In this document: in pieces, positions 33,300 to 46,649 of the stretch
Numbering within the stretch: the stretch's first letter is position 1
Layout of the letters: each line of letters begins with the position of its first letter
DNA from: Octopus sinensis
Lineage: Eukaryota
Length of the DNA: 64,000 nucleotides
Direction: 5' to 3'
Assembly (NCBI RefSeq): GCF_006345805.1
Contig: NC_043022.1
Location: 17,360,001-17,424,000 of the forward strand
Position numbers and translations under genes: made by a program
The notes under the pieces: generated by a model
Told to the model about the DNA's origin: nothing
What the model saw: the letters and a program-made list of their open reading frames with translations, nothing else
Databases searched by the model: none

Positions 33300-36200
33300 T
33301 AGGGTGGAGAAAAAATGCAATTTTTTGAAATTGGTAACCAAGAATCAATACTTTGTTGCAAATTAGGGTTAAAAGAAAAGTGTATAAAGAACTTTGCAGT
33401 TAAATATTCTTTGCATGCACCACAATGCAATTGAAAATGTTAAAAATCACTATTTTTGGTCGAATTTTGGATTTCATGGTTTGTAAGTCATAATCCTTAA
33501 GAGGTTGCATACCAAGTTTCAATACAATTGACTAATATCTTGAGGTTCTGCATTGACTACTAAGAGAACAGGAGCATGAACTTCTCTCTAGTGCCACTAC
33601 AACAATCATTGTATGTGTATGTACATCATATGTGTGTGAAGTTTTCTGCTTTATACCTTGACTTTAGGCCATTGTATTAAAATTAATGATCATGTGAAAT
33701 TTAGTGTTGTTTACATTTAGTGATGATTCATGAGCCAAAAAAGTCTCATGATATTGAATCTGCAACGGCGTTTGCAGTGGTTTGGCCATGCATGTAAGGC
33801 GTCCGGTGGGTGAACTGAGTCATGATGTCCTTCTCCCAACTCCACTTCCCAACTGGCGGAAACGCGCGGGCGGGCAGCTGAAGACCTGGGTTATGACAAT
33901 CAAGGAGGACCTCTCCGTGCTCACGGGACCACAGGTGGTTGGCCTGCGTCAATGGAACCATGACTGGCTCGCTATCTCTAGTGAACTGGCGCAGGACCAT
34001 CGTGCGTGGGTTGCCATGGTTCGAGATGCCTCGAGGGTGGTAAAAGAAGCCGACTCAACCCACCCAGAGTGAATGTCGCCACAAGTACAAGTAAGTAAGT
34101 ACATGATATTGAATGCGCAATATTTGGTACTCCATGTGACCTTAGTGAGTGAGTTTTGCCAACTTACAATGATGTACTAAAATGTGTTTTATTTGAACAA
34201 GAAAAAGAAAAAAAATGTAGTTAAAAAAGAGTAAACAAATTGTCAAGATTATAGCAGAAAAGATAATTCTTCTTTGGCAAAAGGCATCTATCCCGTGTGT
34301 AATGATTGAGTCAGTTAAACTGAAAATCTTAAACTTTTATCTAAAGTACCAAACATTGCTAAAATCTGTGAAAAATAGAAAAAATGTGCCATCGTTTCAA
34401 AGAAAGTGCAAGGTGTTTAAAAACAATGCAACAAAAGATTTATTTGACATGTCCTGTTACAAGTGCAACTCCTTTAAAGATTGCAGTTGTAGTAGAGACA
34501 AAAAAGTACCACAGAGAGAATGAAATTTTTTACAGGATCAATGGACAAATTGAAAAATGATCATTGGTAGAATAGATCAAGCAGTATCTAAACAGAACAT
34601 TCAGAGGTTGATTAGAAAGAATCAGCCAGATCATAATGGCCCTTGTACGTCAGGAAAGGATTATGAATCGATAGTGTTTTCATCTAGCAGTGAATCTGGA
34701 AATGGATCATCTGGTGAAGATAAAGATTTTCCAATTCCATTTTCCATTAAATGGACGTCAGCAAAAACATAAGTTCAAAAACACCAATCAAATGAATAAA
34801 ATTCCCAGAATTAGCTTCTGCCTGTGACTGCACTGCTGCTCTTCTTACAAGTTTGTTCATCAGCGACTTAACGGGAAGTACATCTGTTGAATGTTCTTTC
34901 ATTATAGACAGATCGAAAGTTAGGTGGGAACCTAACATAAATCCCTGCAGCAGGAAGGTAGGCCGTGTATTTTGATGGAAAGAAGGACACAACCCTCATT
35001 AGTGAACAAATGGAAAAAATATTTCATAAGAAAACAATTCAAGAAGAGAACATTTCATTGACTGAAGAACCTGAGTCCCATGATCTTGGGCACTTTGCTG
35101 TTAAAATGGGTTCTGTGAGAGCCATTTCCCATGGTTTGCTGAATTAATTGGAAACCAATGAAATAGTAACCAATCACATGATAGCTGTTGGTTACAATGG
35201 TACTGCAGTTAATAAAGGACCAAAAGGAGGCACCATTAGATTTTTGGAGTATAAATTGAAGAAGCCATTGCATTGGTTTGTGTGTCAGCTTCACGCAAAT
35301 GAGCTTCCCTTACACCATCTTATTAACAATCTCAATGGAAAAGCTATCGGGCCTCGTGGATTTCTTTGGCAGATTGGAGCGATGTGAAACACTAAGTTGT
35401 AGTGAAATTTAATCAGATTCAAACAGACTTGCCATCAGTAGATAGAAATGATCTCAGTACTGATCAAAAATACCTTCTTGATATCCACCAGTCTATTTCC
35501 AAAGGGAAATGTTCATCTGAAAAGGCATTAACGAATTCTGGTAAAATGGCACATTCTTAATGTGCTTACAGCTGCAAATTGTATGCTACGGTTGTATGTT
35601 GCCACCAAGAATCCTTCTAACACGAGGAAATTAATTGTTGCTTACATAAAGAAAGTTTACGTGCCAATGTGGTTCACAATTAAACACAGCTCTTCCTTGG
35701 AAAATGAGGCTCTAAATGTGTTCAAGATGATTGAGTCTTTAAGAGAAATGGACCAAGTAGTACAAGACATTGTATTTCCAGTTATACAATGTAATGCTTT
35801 CTTTGTGCACTCAGAAAATATTTTACTGGCCATGATAGACAATGAATGGAGCCACATTCGAGAACTAGCATGGAGGTACATAAAACAGGCTTGAATACAG
35901 TATAAAAAGAAATCTGTGCAACCTTTCAAAGTTCCTACCCTAAACTTTGCTGCCTCAAACTACGTGGATGTAATTAACTGGCATGACACTATTGTTACTG
36001 AACCACCTCTAACACAGGCATTTTCCAATGAAGAAATTGATACCTTCATTCAACTGCGGCATTTGATGCAACTGGAAAAATTACTGTGCCACACCCAAGC
36101 TGTGGAGAGATGTGTAAAACTCGTGACAGAAGCATCATCTAATGTTTGTGGTGAGAACAGTCAAGACAATTTCATTAGGAGTTGAATCGAATCAAGAGAA

Positions 36201-36987
36201 AAAATTCTGGTGTTCAAGACGAAAAAAGTATTTCAAATTGAAAGGTAATACAGCAATAATCAATTAGAATTGTTTAGTTTTAGTTATTTTGAACATAACA
36301 AACAATTAGCATTATGTTGTTTTAGAAATTTTCAAAACAACAAATCTTTGACTGTTCCATTTTTTATTTGTGAGTAAAATGCTAATTTGCATCTATGAAA
36401 AAACTGAATTGGCTTTATTACTGGAACGAAAAGAAATACACTACAATGATTTGTATTATTTAGTTACATGGAATTATTTTGAACAAATTGGAAATGTTAA
36501 TTATGTTTATCACCAGAATGTGTCAAGAATCAAAAACTGGTTTACATGAAATTTTATTTTAATGTGTGTTTAGTCTAGACCTCATGTAACATATTTGGTG
36601 ACCTAGTATTAAAAATAATAAAGAAAACAAAGTTGAAAAATCTATTTATTTCACCTTATTTTGAAATTTCAAGCACATTGCAGAGCCTGAAGATATAAAT
36701 TTTAGGGCTTCAGATTTTAACACTCTTGTTTTTAAAGGATTGCACCAAAAAAATCAATTTGTAACAATGAATGTAAAAAATAAAATGAGGAACAGCAAAC
36801 ATGTTATGAATTGATTTTTAGTTCATTATTCAAAATTTCAAGTCGGCTGTGGTGGAGCCTGAAGATATAAATTAAAGAACTTGAGATTTTAACACAGTTG
36901 TTTTTAAAGGATTTCACAATACAAAATATGTTCTTGAAAACATATTTTGAAAATCAGTGTAAAAAGTACCTTTTTTGCTCTACTCTA
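33300..36987 (+). mobile_element. Decayed hAT-superfamily DNA transposon (hATm-like)
   Basis: Left end TAGGGTGGAGAAAAAA, imperfect right end TTTTTTGCTCTACTCTA; frameshifted transposase 34302-36185 with YFDGKKD, WFVCQLHANELPL, CHTQAVERCVKLVTEAS; ~63-bp subterminal direct repeats near 36682 and 36855. Subfamily name is inference. Confidence 0.75.
33760..34101 (+). mobile_element. 5'-truncated RTE-clade LINE nested in the hAT element
   Basis: RT C-terminal ORF (..WRKRAGGQLKTW....LAQDHRAW..), (AAGT)n tail, exact 13-bp TSD CATGATATTGAAT at 33747-33759 and 34102-34114. Confidence 0.88.
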
Positions 36988-37408
36988 TTGTCCATCCTAG
37001 CTTATTCATCTTACCTCACCCATTACTCCTACATTATACTTCTCAAGCCTTGCACTATTCTATTTAATCCTTCCACTGTAGAGTATGAATCTTTTGGACT
37101 TTCCTCCACCTAAATCAATTGATACAAGTTCAACTATACCAATATCATCAATTTCAGAAAACCTTACCCCTTCTTCCTGACTACATTTAAAATATATATA
37201 TATATATATAGCCAATTTTGTCACAAGAACAATCAATGCAACATTGTTTTAGGAGATATTAAGTACAGTAATGTATTTCCATTGACATGTCATTTAGTTA
37301 GTGAGCTGAAAATACTTCAATCAACCAAGATTGTCCACAAAATTAGTAAACAAAAAACATGCAATTACCTAAATATTTTGAATGTGTGTAATAGTTTAAA
37401 CAACTTAC

Positions 37409-37499
37409 TGCGTTATGTTTATTTTTTGATGATTTCGATTTTGTATTCTGAGATGCTCCAGATGATACGGCAGTCAAACTTGGGAAGCTATTAGTGTCC
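37409..37499 (-). CDS. GIGYF2: GIGYF exon (DTNSFPSLTAVSSGASQNTKSKSSKNKHNA)
   Basis: Acceptor TTTTTGTAACAG|G, donor GCA|GTAAGT; 91 nt, phase 2 to 0, exactly bridging the neighbouring exons. Confidence 0.82.
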
Positions 37500-38349
37500 C
37501 TGTTACAAAAACAAAAATAATAATAATAATAATAATGATAATAATAATAATGATGATGATGATGATTTCTTACATAGGCAGAAAGCCCTCAAATAGGAGA
37601 GAACAAGAGTTTATAATATTAATACTTTTTTAAGAACCTTATGCACAATTGAAAAATATTTTGCATGTACAAAGATGATGTTGTGGATATAAGGCAGAGA
37701 AATCCCAAATAAGTCCAGTAATAATAAGAGTTCATTCACTTGGAATCAAGACTAGCACCAACTTGAAAAACAGAGCTTAAGGAACAAAGATCTCCATTTT
37801 ACTTTGTTCAAAATATTACAATAGCCAAGTAGAGTAGCAAGTGGATTTGTAGCTCTCAATACAATCACACTGTACCATGCTACAGATGCTATGTAGCACA
37901 CTATCCCTGAATAAATCAAATCTATTGACCTAATTCAAAGTTAATTATCATCATTTAATCTTGTTTATGAATTGTCACAAAAATTTCTCAACAACTGCAC
38001 AGACGAACAGTAATAATGTTAGGGAAACAAACTGAAAGACAGTGAGGTAAGTATACAAACAAGGAGACAGATTTGAAGATAGATACACCCGTGTGTGTAT
38101 ATACACACACATATCATCATCATTTGACGTCCACTTTCCATGTTGGCATGGATTGGAAAGTTCGACTGGGGTCTGGGAAGCCAGGAGGCTGCACTGGGCT
38201 CCAATTTGATCTGGCAGTGTTTCTACAGGGTATGTCCTTCCTAACGCCAACCACTCTAAGAGCGTAGTTGTTTGTCCATGGACCAGATATCTCAAGAACC
38301 ACATATTCACACACCTTTACATGCACACACTTAACACACTCAAACATAT

Positions 38350-39720
38350 ATAAGTAGGGTGTGTAAGATATTTGAAGAAATACTTTTTTGGGTCATTGCT
38401 GCATTTTTGCTCACTAATCTTTTGTTTCAGAAAATATTAATGGCACTTACTCAAGAAATGAAGAGGCATGCTGTTATTCTGGTTATAAAGGCTGAGCATA
38501 GTGGTTTAGAAATATTACAATTTTTAAAAGTTACCAGATCTTTCGTCTACAAAGTTCATAAGGAGTTAGAGACTGAAGATGGAAATGTATTACCACTTTC
38601 AAAGCATAAAAAACATTCTAAACACTCTGAAATCATCAGAACACCTGAATTTATTCAGCAACTTCAACAGACCATTAATTACAATCCCAGAAAATTCATG
38701 AGGTCAATAGCAAAAGATCTTCATGTGTCAGAAGGAACAGTCAGAAATGTTGTCCACGAAGACATCAGATACAAGTCTTATATGATAAGGAAAGGTCAAT
38801 ATACGTCAGAAAAGCTGAAGAAAATCATTACATCAGATCTAAAAGGCTCTTAAATAAACTGAAAAATCCAGCAGAAGAAATTTGATTTGGTTTTTCTCAG
38901 ACAAGAAAAACTTCATCTAAGATCAAAAAGTTAACAGAAGAAATAACAAATGGTTATATGCAGACCTTTCTAAAGTTGCAAGGGTTATGCTTACAAACTT
39001 TCCTGCAACTTCCATGGTTTTATGGGTTGAAGGATGTGATGCTTCCTTACTTCTTTCGACAAGACCTTAATTAAGTCTGCTGGAAATAATTATTAGGCCC
39101 TGGATAGACAGTGTATCCATATAGAAGTAATTATTGAAGCTGAAGGTGGCTTTATTGAATAACATTATAGAAAAGAAGGTCTATTCCTACCCTCATTATT
39201 ATGTAAGTTTTTTTTTAATCTTTTCTCTTTCATCAGCAGATCAAGGAATTAATTTTTTGTAACTAAACACTTTGAAACTTCAGACACTGGTAGAATGTGT
39301 CATATAAAACATTTTTTACTCTTAGCATTGTGGAAAAAGGTTTCTATTTCCAATGTTATTTTGTGTTAAAGTTGTCGTATTTTGGTAATTTCAACCAATC
39401 AATGACGTGTATTCAGCAGAATAAAATTACTGCTGTTGTTTGTCAAGAACAACTTCCAGCGATCAGAAGTGGTGGTCAGAGAATTTCTATGACTTCACCA
39501 GCCCTAATTTCTGGCTTCCGAATTCCCGATTGTAATCGCATGGATTACTATATGTAGCGCATGGTGAAAAAATAAATCAACCCTTCTGACTGCAACACCA
39601 AGGCCAAGCTGGTGGCAAAGATCCGGGAAACTTTCCAAGATCTTGCTAAAGATGCAGTGAGGAACACATCTGCCAGGTTCTAGAAGGTCTTGAGGCCATG
39701 GTGGAAGTTCAGGGTGCCTA
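38350..39720 (+). mobile_element. Decayed Tc1/mariner-family transposon fragments (maT/DD37D-like)
   Basis: HTH ORF 38359-38853 (..MRSIAKDLHVSEGTVRNVVHEDIRYKSY), degenerate WFFSD.KNF.QDQK and WPPNSPDCNP.DYY-like remnant near 39510-39555; TIRs not resolved. Confidence 0.75.
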
Positions 39721-40977
39721 CTTTAGAGAAACTTATTTCCCCAGCCGTAAAAGAATATTGTTTTCTTTCCTTTTATGCAAATTGTCAAATTTAACTCAAA
39801 CATTATGTATATACACACACACAAGTAACTGAGACATTTGGTGATATAGTGTGCTTGAGAAGACCCATCAAGCCACGTGAAATTGTAGTTGTGGCCAATG
39901 CCAGTGTCATTTATGTAGCAGTGCTGGAGGCATGTAAAAAGCATCCTTTGAAAATTCAGCCTCACGGAGGCAGTGACAAGTGACCAAGACCATTGGCAAT
40001 ATGCTGTTTGAGAAGATCTGTCAAACCAAGTGAGATCGCAGTCATGGCTGGTACCAGTGGCATGTAAAAGCAACCACTAAACTCTCGGAGTGGGTGGCAT
40101 TAGGAAGGGCATCCAGCCATAGAAACCATGCCAAATCAGATTGGAACCTGATGCAGCTACCCAGCTTACCAGTTATCAGTCAAACTGTCCAACCCATGCC
40201 AGCTTGGAAAATGGACATTAAATGACACATATACACACACACACGTGTGTGTGTGTGTGTGTGTGTGTCATGGCTGTGTGGTGAAGCATACTTCTCAACC
40301 ACATTAAGGTTCAGCCCCACTGAGTGGCAACTTTTGCAATTGTATTCTATTATAGACCTACAGTGAGCAAGTCTTGCAGATGGATATAGTAGGCAAAAAC
40401 TGAAAGAAACATGTGGTGTGTGTGTGTGTAAGCACTTGTGTCTTGACATCAATGATATTTGTAAATAAGCATCACTATCATACAAGCAATATTTTTCATT
40501 CCCCATGTAAACATGTCTGTTAGTTTCATTAAATCTGTGCCAACACAGAATAGACGATGATGACAGTATGGCGTGTGTGTACACATGCAAATACACACAT
40601 TCATTAAACATCCAGTTTCCTACACCAGGAAGGGTCAAATGGATAGTTACTTCACTATGCACATCCCATCTCCAACTCTTCACTGTAAGGGACACAGAGT
40701 GACCAGTTATAATATCAACCAAAAAATTAAAACATCATTACCATTTCACTCATGCAATGAAGAGTGAAATAATATTCACACACCTTTACATGCACACACT
40801 TAACAGATTTCCTACAGTTTTCTGGAAAAATACACTAACATGGCAAAAAATAATCTGATGCTAGAGCAGAAGATACCTACAGAGCTACGCAACAGACCCA
40901 AACCATGAGGACACCCTTATGTCTGCACTCCTCCATACATACACTTTCTCTGTTTAACTTTTCTCCTTATATTGTTT

Positions 40978-41310
40978 TTATTACCTCCGTCTTACCAAAG
41001 GTGGAGGTATCGTTTTCAGTCATGCTTGTTTGTTTGTTTGTCCATGGACCAGATATCTCAAGAACCACACAAACTGGCATGAATTGATTAGATTTTGGGA
41101 TCAATTCAATACCAAACAAGGATTCTAGATTATTTTTCCTGCTCTTTTACTTAAATTTTGAGAGTGGTCGGGTTCATTTTTAGTATTTTTGTGAGAACAG
41201 TCGAGTTTATTTTAGATTTTCCCATTTTAAAAATCATCCCTGGCTAATCATTGAGACGAAGTTGGTGTTGCTTTGGCGTTAGTTTGCGCTCTCTGAGTGC
41301 TCGTTATTTT
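40978..41310 (+). mobile_element. Helentron-associated non-autonomous element (HINE/DINE-1-like)
   Basis: 5' TTACCTCCG...GGAGGTA hairpin, (GTTT)n microsatellite, 3' GCGCTCTCTGAGTGC hairpin, TT flanks. Confidence 0.6.
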
Positions 41311-42004
41311 TTTGTTACTCCTTTCCTCTTATCATTTCTTTTCCCTCTCTAACTACTTTTCTAATATCTTTGAAAAGCTGCTATCAACAAACAGGGAATC
41401 CCCTTCAACCTTTAACATTTAAACAGGCCATATCCAGCCCAGATATTCCTACTCTCACACCTACCCTATGTCATTCTAAAAGTAAACAACAATGACATAA
41501 TCAAAATCTCAAAGCCATGAAATAATGCATGATTAATTCCAAACAATGAGAATAAATAAGCAGAACATTTGACAAAGAAATCTGAATGGTAAAGAGTTAT
41601 GAGAGATTAAGAAGATCCGGCAAGAGAAATGAGACCATAACCATGGCCTAGGCCAGTGTCACAAAGCCGCCCCATTTAAGAGTACCCTTGAATCAACAGG
41701 CGATATGCTTTGCTTGGGAAGACCTGTTGAGTCAAGTGAAATTGTTGTCATGGCTGTTGCCAATACTGCCCAACTGGCATCCGTGCTGGTGGCACGTAAA
41801 AAGCACCATTCAAGCGTGGTTGATGCTAGTGCCGGTGGCACATAAAAAGCATCTACTACACTCTCAGAGTGGTTGGCATTAGGAAGATCATCCAGCTGTA
41901 AAAACCTTGCCAGATTAGATTGGAGCCAAGTGCAACCTTCTGGCTTGCCAGTACTCAGTCAAACCGTCTAACTCAAAGCAGATGTTAAACGAGGATGATG
42001 ACGA

Positions 42005-42038
<34 letters not shown>

Positions 42039-43038
42039 CTTTAACAACCACAGCAGGACACTCAAACTAAGAGGCCTAAGTACCTAAAGTAACAAATGAG
42101 TAGCACAGGACAAACGGCCACCTACTTCTTGTTGCCCAGTACAAGGTCTCGAAATGTAACACTTCCGAGAATGGTCCTGCCAGCTGCTGTCCAATCATGT
42201 ATCCCTTACTGCAGCTTGTGACTGATGACCCAGATTAATGTAGTGCTTTTCTCTTGTCCTTTTTTCATCAAAACAACCAAGGAAGGAATGTGTAAAAAAA
42301 TATCAAGTATCAATTTGTTGGATCATTCTCTCTTCCACAATGGACTTCAATACAACAATAGTTTTACTAGTGTCTAATTCTAACAGATTGTGTTCTACCT
42401 GGAGATAAAAATCTCAATATTTATATCAAGCTATCTCTGCTGACTATTGTAGACTTTACAGTTCAACTTCTTTCTAAATTTATATGGTAGCAAGCATTCA
42501 GAAAACACACCATAGTTTAACTGACAAACTTCATTTTCCCTCAAGATATAAGGGTTGAACAGCAGAGATAATTTCACCAGTGTGGGGAGGCTTTTAAAGG
42601 ACATGGGGACTGTCCCTCAACTTATAAAAATAAAATTTTTTAAAAAATGGAACACTCAGGCAGAGCTAGAGAGTGCTAGGAGAAGAGTGGGAGACACGGG
42701 CAGAGAGTGTCACAGACAAGCAGACAGTGTTAGAGACAGGCAGACCAGAAACAGATAGATGGTGTCAGAGACAAGCAGAGAATGCCATAGACAGAAACAC
42801 ATTGCAAGTTAAAAGTGAACAGAGCTAGAGACAAGCCAACATATCTGACAGACAGATAGACAATACCAGAGACAGACTGACATTGTGTATCTGAAACAGA
42901 CAAATCATACCAGAGACAGATGGACAATGCTAATCACAGAGAGAGAGAGAGAGAGTGTGTGTCACAGACAGGTGGATAATATCACAGACAGACAATGCTA
43001 GATGGAGAGATACATTATATGGATAATAGTGTACTTAC

Positions 43039-43223
43039 AGTGTACTATTCTTTGTAGGAGAGGGCTGTTTTTTATTATTTTTCTGAGTCTCCCACATAGA
43101 GCTGGCACTGGTCTTGTTTCCCTGTATTTGCCACGGACCTTCCGAGCCCCAGTTGGAGGTAGGAGATGTTGAGACAGGAGCTGCTGAGCCCCATACAGCA
43201 GAACTTCCAAGAGGATGAGATGA
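43039..43223 (-). CDS. GIGYF2: GIGYF exon (SSHPLGSSAVWGSAAP...SSMWETQKNNKKQPSPTKNSTL)
   Basis: Acceptor TTTCTAG|TCA, donor CT|GTAAGT; 185 nt, phase 0 to 2; Trp/Ser/Gly-rich low-complexity segment. Confidence 0.88.
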
Positions 43224-43697
43224 CTAGAAATTATAAGGTTCACTTTTAGTATTAATGAAAAAGATGAGCAGAAAAGCATGAGAGAGAGAATAAATTAACT
43301 ATGTTTAAGTGATATAAACTCTATCTTCCAATCAATATATGTGTGTAATACAAACAAATATCAATTAAAATGTGAGATGAGATTTCAAAAACATTTGTAA
43401 GCAAATGTGTACATGAGAGAGAGAGGGAGAGAGAGAGAATGCATCAAAGAGGAAAGCCTGCCAGCAATGAGAGAGTGTGATAAAAAGAAACAGTATAATG
43501 TAATGCATACGTCATATGTGCATCATATAGTTAGAGAAGTCTAGCTTTACAGTATGAGGAGAAAGAGTTAACGAGATAATATAAAAAGGCTGCCATATAT
43601 AAAATAAAGAAACTAAAAGTTCATCATGGAAATAAACTGAATGAATGATGGGGAGACAGAAAGAGAAAGAAGAAATATAGTAGATTCTAAAGCCTAC

Positions 43698-43809
43698 TTT
43701 AGGAACTTGTGTTTGTGCAACTGGCTTCTTCTTCTCTTCTTCAAGCTGTTTCGCTTGTTCTTGCTGAATTTCTAATAATGATTTCGCACTGGATTTACCC
43801 ACAACAATT
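43698..43809 (-). CDS. GIGYF2: GIGYF exon (IVVGKSSAKSLLEIQQEQAKQLEEEKKKPVAQTQVPK)
   Basis: Acceptor CTCTAG|A, donor AAA|GTAGGC; 112 nt, phase 2 to 0; KSLLEIQQEQ motif of GIGYF. Confidence 0.93.
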
Positions 43810-44854
43810 CTAGAGAAGAAAGAAAAAAGTATAAAATTTAACATTTCTGTTAAATTAGCTATAGTGTCGAGACTTTAAAAATAAATTTTTCACAGCAGGT
43901 TTTCTCTTCTATATGCAGAGTGAAAGGAATAGAAACAGTAGCATATTAGAAGGAGATTTAATTACATTGATCATCGTATTCAACTGGAACTTATTTTATT
44001 GACTCCCAAAGGAAGAAAGGCAAAGTTGACCTTGGTAGAATTTGAACTCAGACCATAGCAATGGGCAAAATACCACTAAGCATTTCATCCAGCATGCTAA
44101 CAATTCTGCCAGCTCACCACCTTAATAAGACTGAGCTTATTGTATGCAGTGCTCAGGTGCACTACAACTTGTTGGAAGAGATTAAAAGAGGGGACAGGAA
44201 GCAGACATTAAGTGTTTCAATAAAATTCTAAAATAATCAAGAACTGGTTTTGTTGTAAAATAACTACATTTATGATATACGATAATGTTACTGTATTCCA
44301 ACACAACAAACACTTCTTATTTATTAATGAAATTTTATCTCGAAACTCCTCTACTTACAGGTAAATTCAATGAAATATAGAATTTATTAAAATTTTATTT
44401 CAATATTATTATATAAAATAAATCATAAAGTCAATATTAGACTGGATTATATAACACAACTATAGTACAGAAGAAGGATTGTGCACATTATTGGATTTTA
44501 ATTTGTATATAAAACCAATGCCCCACAAAGATAAAATATTGTTTTACATGTGGATGCACTGCAAAGGCACATGGTTTGGGGAGTCAACTCACAATAATAA
44601 GATCGTGAGTTTGATTCCTGGCAGTGTACTGTGTGCTTGAGGAAGGCATTTTCTTTCTCATTGCTCCAGTCCACTCAGCACTGCTCATTTCATAAATACA
44701 TTCTCTAATAACAAATAACAGGACAATTTTAAAAAAAGGAATCTAGATGTGAAAATAAAGATTGTTGAAGTAATAAGAGAGACAAAAGGAATGTAGAGTT
44801 TGACAATGGGAAAGTAATTCAAAAGTAATAATACAAGAGAAATGAGAAACAAAC

Positions 44855-44973
44855 TTGTTATTGGCCCAGATTTTTGTTTGCTGTGTGTGTGCTGCCGCAG
44901 CTTGCTGTTGCTGCTGCTGCTGCTGCTGCTGTTGCTGTTGTTGCAATTGTTTAGCTTCAGCTTTTCGTTGGTT
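44855..44973 (-). CDS. GIGYF2: GIGYF exon with polyQ (NQRKAEAKQL-Q14-AAAAHTQQTKIWANN)
   Basis: Acceptor TTGCAG|AAC, donor AA|GTTTGT; 119 nt, phase 0 to 2. Confidence 0.85.
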
Positions 44974-46532
44974 CTGCAAATAATAACAATAAAAATAGTA
45001 GAGAAAAGGGAACATTTTCACTTTGAAGAGTATGGTGTCATCACAAAATAAAACAAAGTCTATTCTTTAATGTCAAAACTTTTAACAACACATATTCGTC
45101 AAATTATTAAACACCCACCATCACAACCTGTCATTTTAGTCAGCATTTTGACTCTTAATACTCTTGCCCTTGTTTTTAATCTACACATAAAGGAGATGTG
45201 TATATAGACAAAAAAACTGTATATAGCTGACAGTTTCACATGTCTTATGAAACTAGGGACCTGCACCTGGAAAAGACCTCTCTATGACACACACCCAGGG
45301 CAACATTTTTCCTTTTCTATTTATTTATTTTTATTTCATTATTTATTTGAAGAGTAGTCATTGTTTTCCATGCACAAAGATTGCTTTTACCACATCACCA
45401 AAGCTGTTCAAGGGAAAGGCAAGGCCTGATACAGCTTCACACCAAGTATTGCTGTTGGAAGTGAAAGAACTGCAACAAATACAAGGCATCCTGACAAACC
45501 CTAACAAATCCAAACAACATAACAGCACAAAACAAGGTAAAAAGGGATCTCAGTGTTGTCATGTGAGGTGTTCAATCCAATGCCTTAATGACTCTACCAA
45601 TAACAAGTGCAGCGACTTCTGTTGCTAAGATATGTTGAAATAAAATTTGGAGCAATTTAGTACATTTAATGCCTTCCTTAATATCAATGCTGTGTGTCCA
45701 TTATCAACACAGGAATACTAGCTTAGCTTCTAAGAGCAGATTCACATCAAACGGGAACAACCTACTAGACTAATTTCCAGGTAATATCATCGATAGATGA
45801 AGGGATACTACAATGAACATTACATATCAATGTCCAAGTCCTGCTGTACTATGAGCAACCTCACGGCAGAGCACCCCCCCTACACATACACATTCCAGGA
45901 GACTACCATTCATATCCTCCCAGTTCCTGCTGTATGCTGCTAATAACAATGTCTAGCAACAAGTGCCAGGACCCTATTGAGTATCTCAGAATATCACAAA
46001 CTCTGAATTATGAACCAATGAAGATTCATCCAGCTTATATAAATAATGACCAGCACCTTCAGCCCTTTCAAAGCCAACAAGTGTTTTCCTGTGGTGATTT
46101 ACCCCATGCATGGTTTTTCTGGAACAGATTATTTAAGTCCATAGTGATCATAGCCAATACACATCAGTTACAATGACTGAATTCTAGCAATGTTTGTGAT
46201 GTGGGAAAGATCAACTTATTTACGAATGATCTTCATATTTAGAGACTTTTACTATCTGAGAAGTGATTACAGAGAAGAGAATATCAATTCCATACAGGCA
46301 GAAAAGACCCAGCATGAATACTATGAAAGATAAAATAATATCATTGAAATAAATTCACTCTGGTATATACCTGGTACTTATTGATCCCAGAGGAACAGAT
46401 GGTAAATTTGATTTGGGGGTGCAAGGTTCAATTCAGAGAGAGACAAAATTTCAAAATAATTACTCAGTCACTTCACAGTTTCACCAATAATACCAACAAG
46501 AATACACACAGCACACTTTAGAATATACTCAC

Positions 46533-46649
46533 TTCTTTTTTCCGTTCAATTTCTTCTTGTTGTTGAATTTCAGCAAGGGAAATGGTTTGACTTTGAGATA
46601 GGTTAGTAGCAGAGGAATTATTTTTGGCCCAGTTGGCACCAGCAGGGAG
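46533..46649 (-). CDS. GIGYF2: GIGYF exon (LPAGANWAKNNSSATNLSQSQTISLAEIQQQEEIERKKE)
   Basis: Acceptor TTAACAG|CTC, donor GAA|GTGAGT; 117 nt, phase 0 to 0; SLAEIQ motif characteristic of GIGYF. Confidence 0.92.

Noticed and set aside
40651-40682. Possible 32-nt poison exon (CCCTTACAG|...GAA|GTAACT) with an in-frame TAG
   Set aside because: Flanking exons already join in phase; such motifs occur by chance and there is no expression evidence
42998-43279. 93-aa ORF over the 43039-43223 exon
   Set aside because: Wrong frame; the splice-phase-compatible frame gives the GIGYF-like sequence
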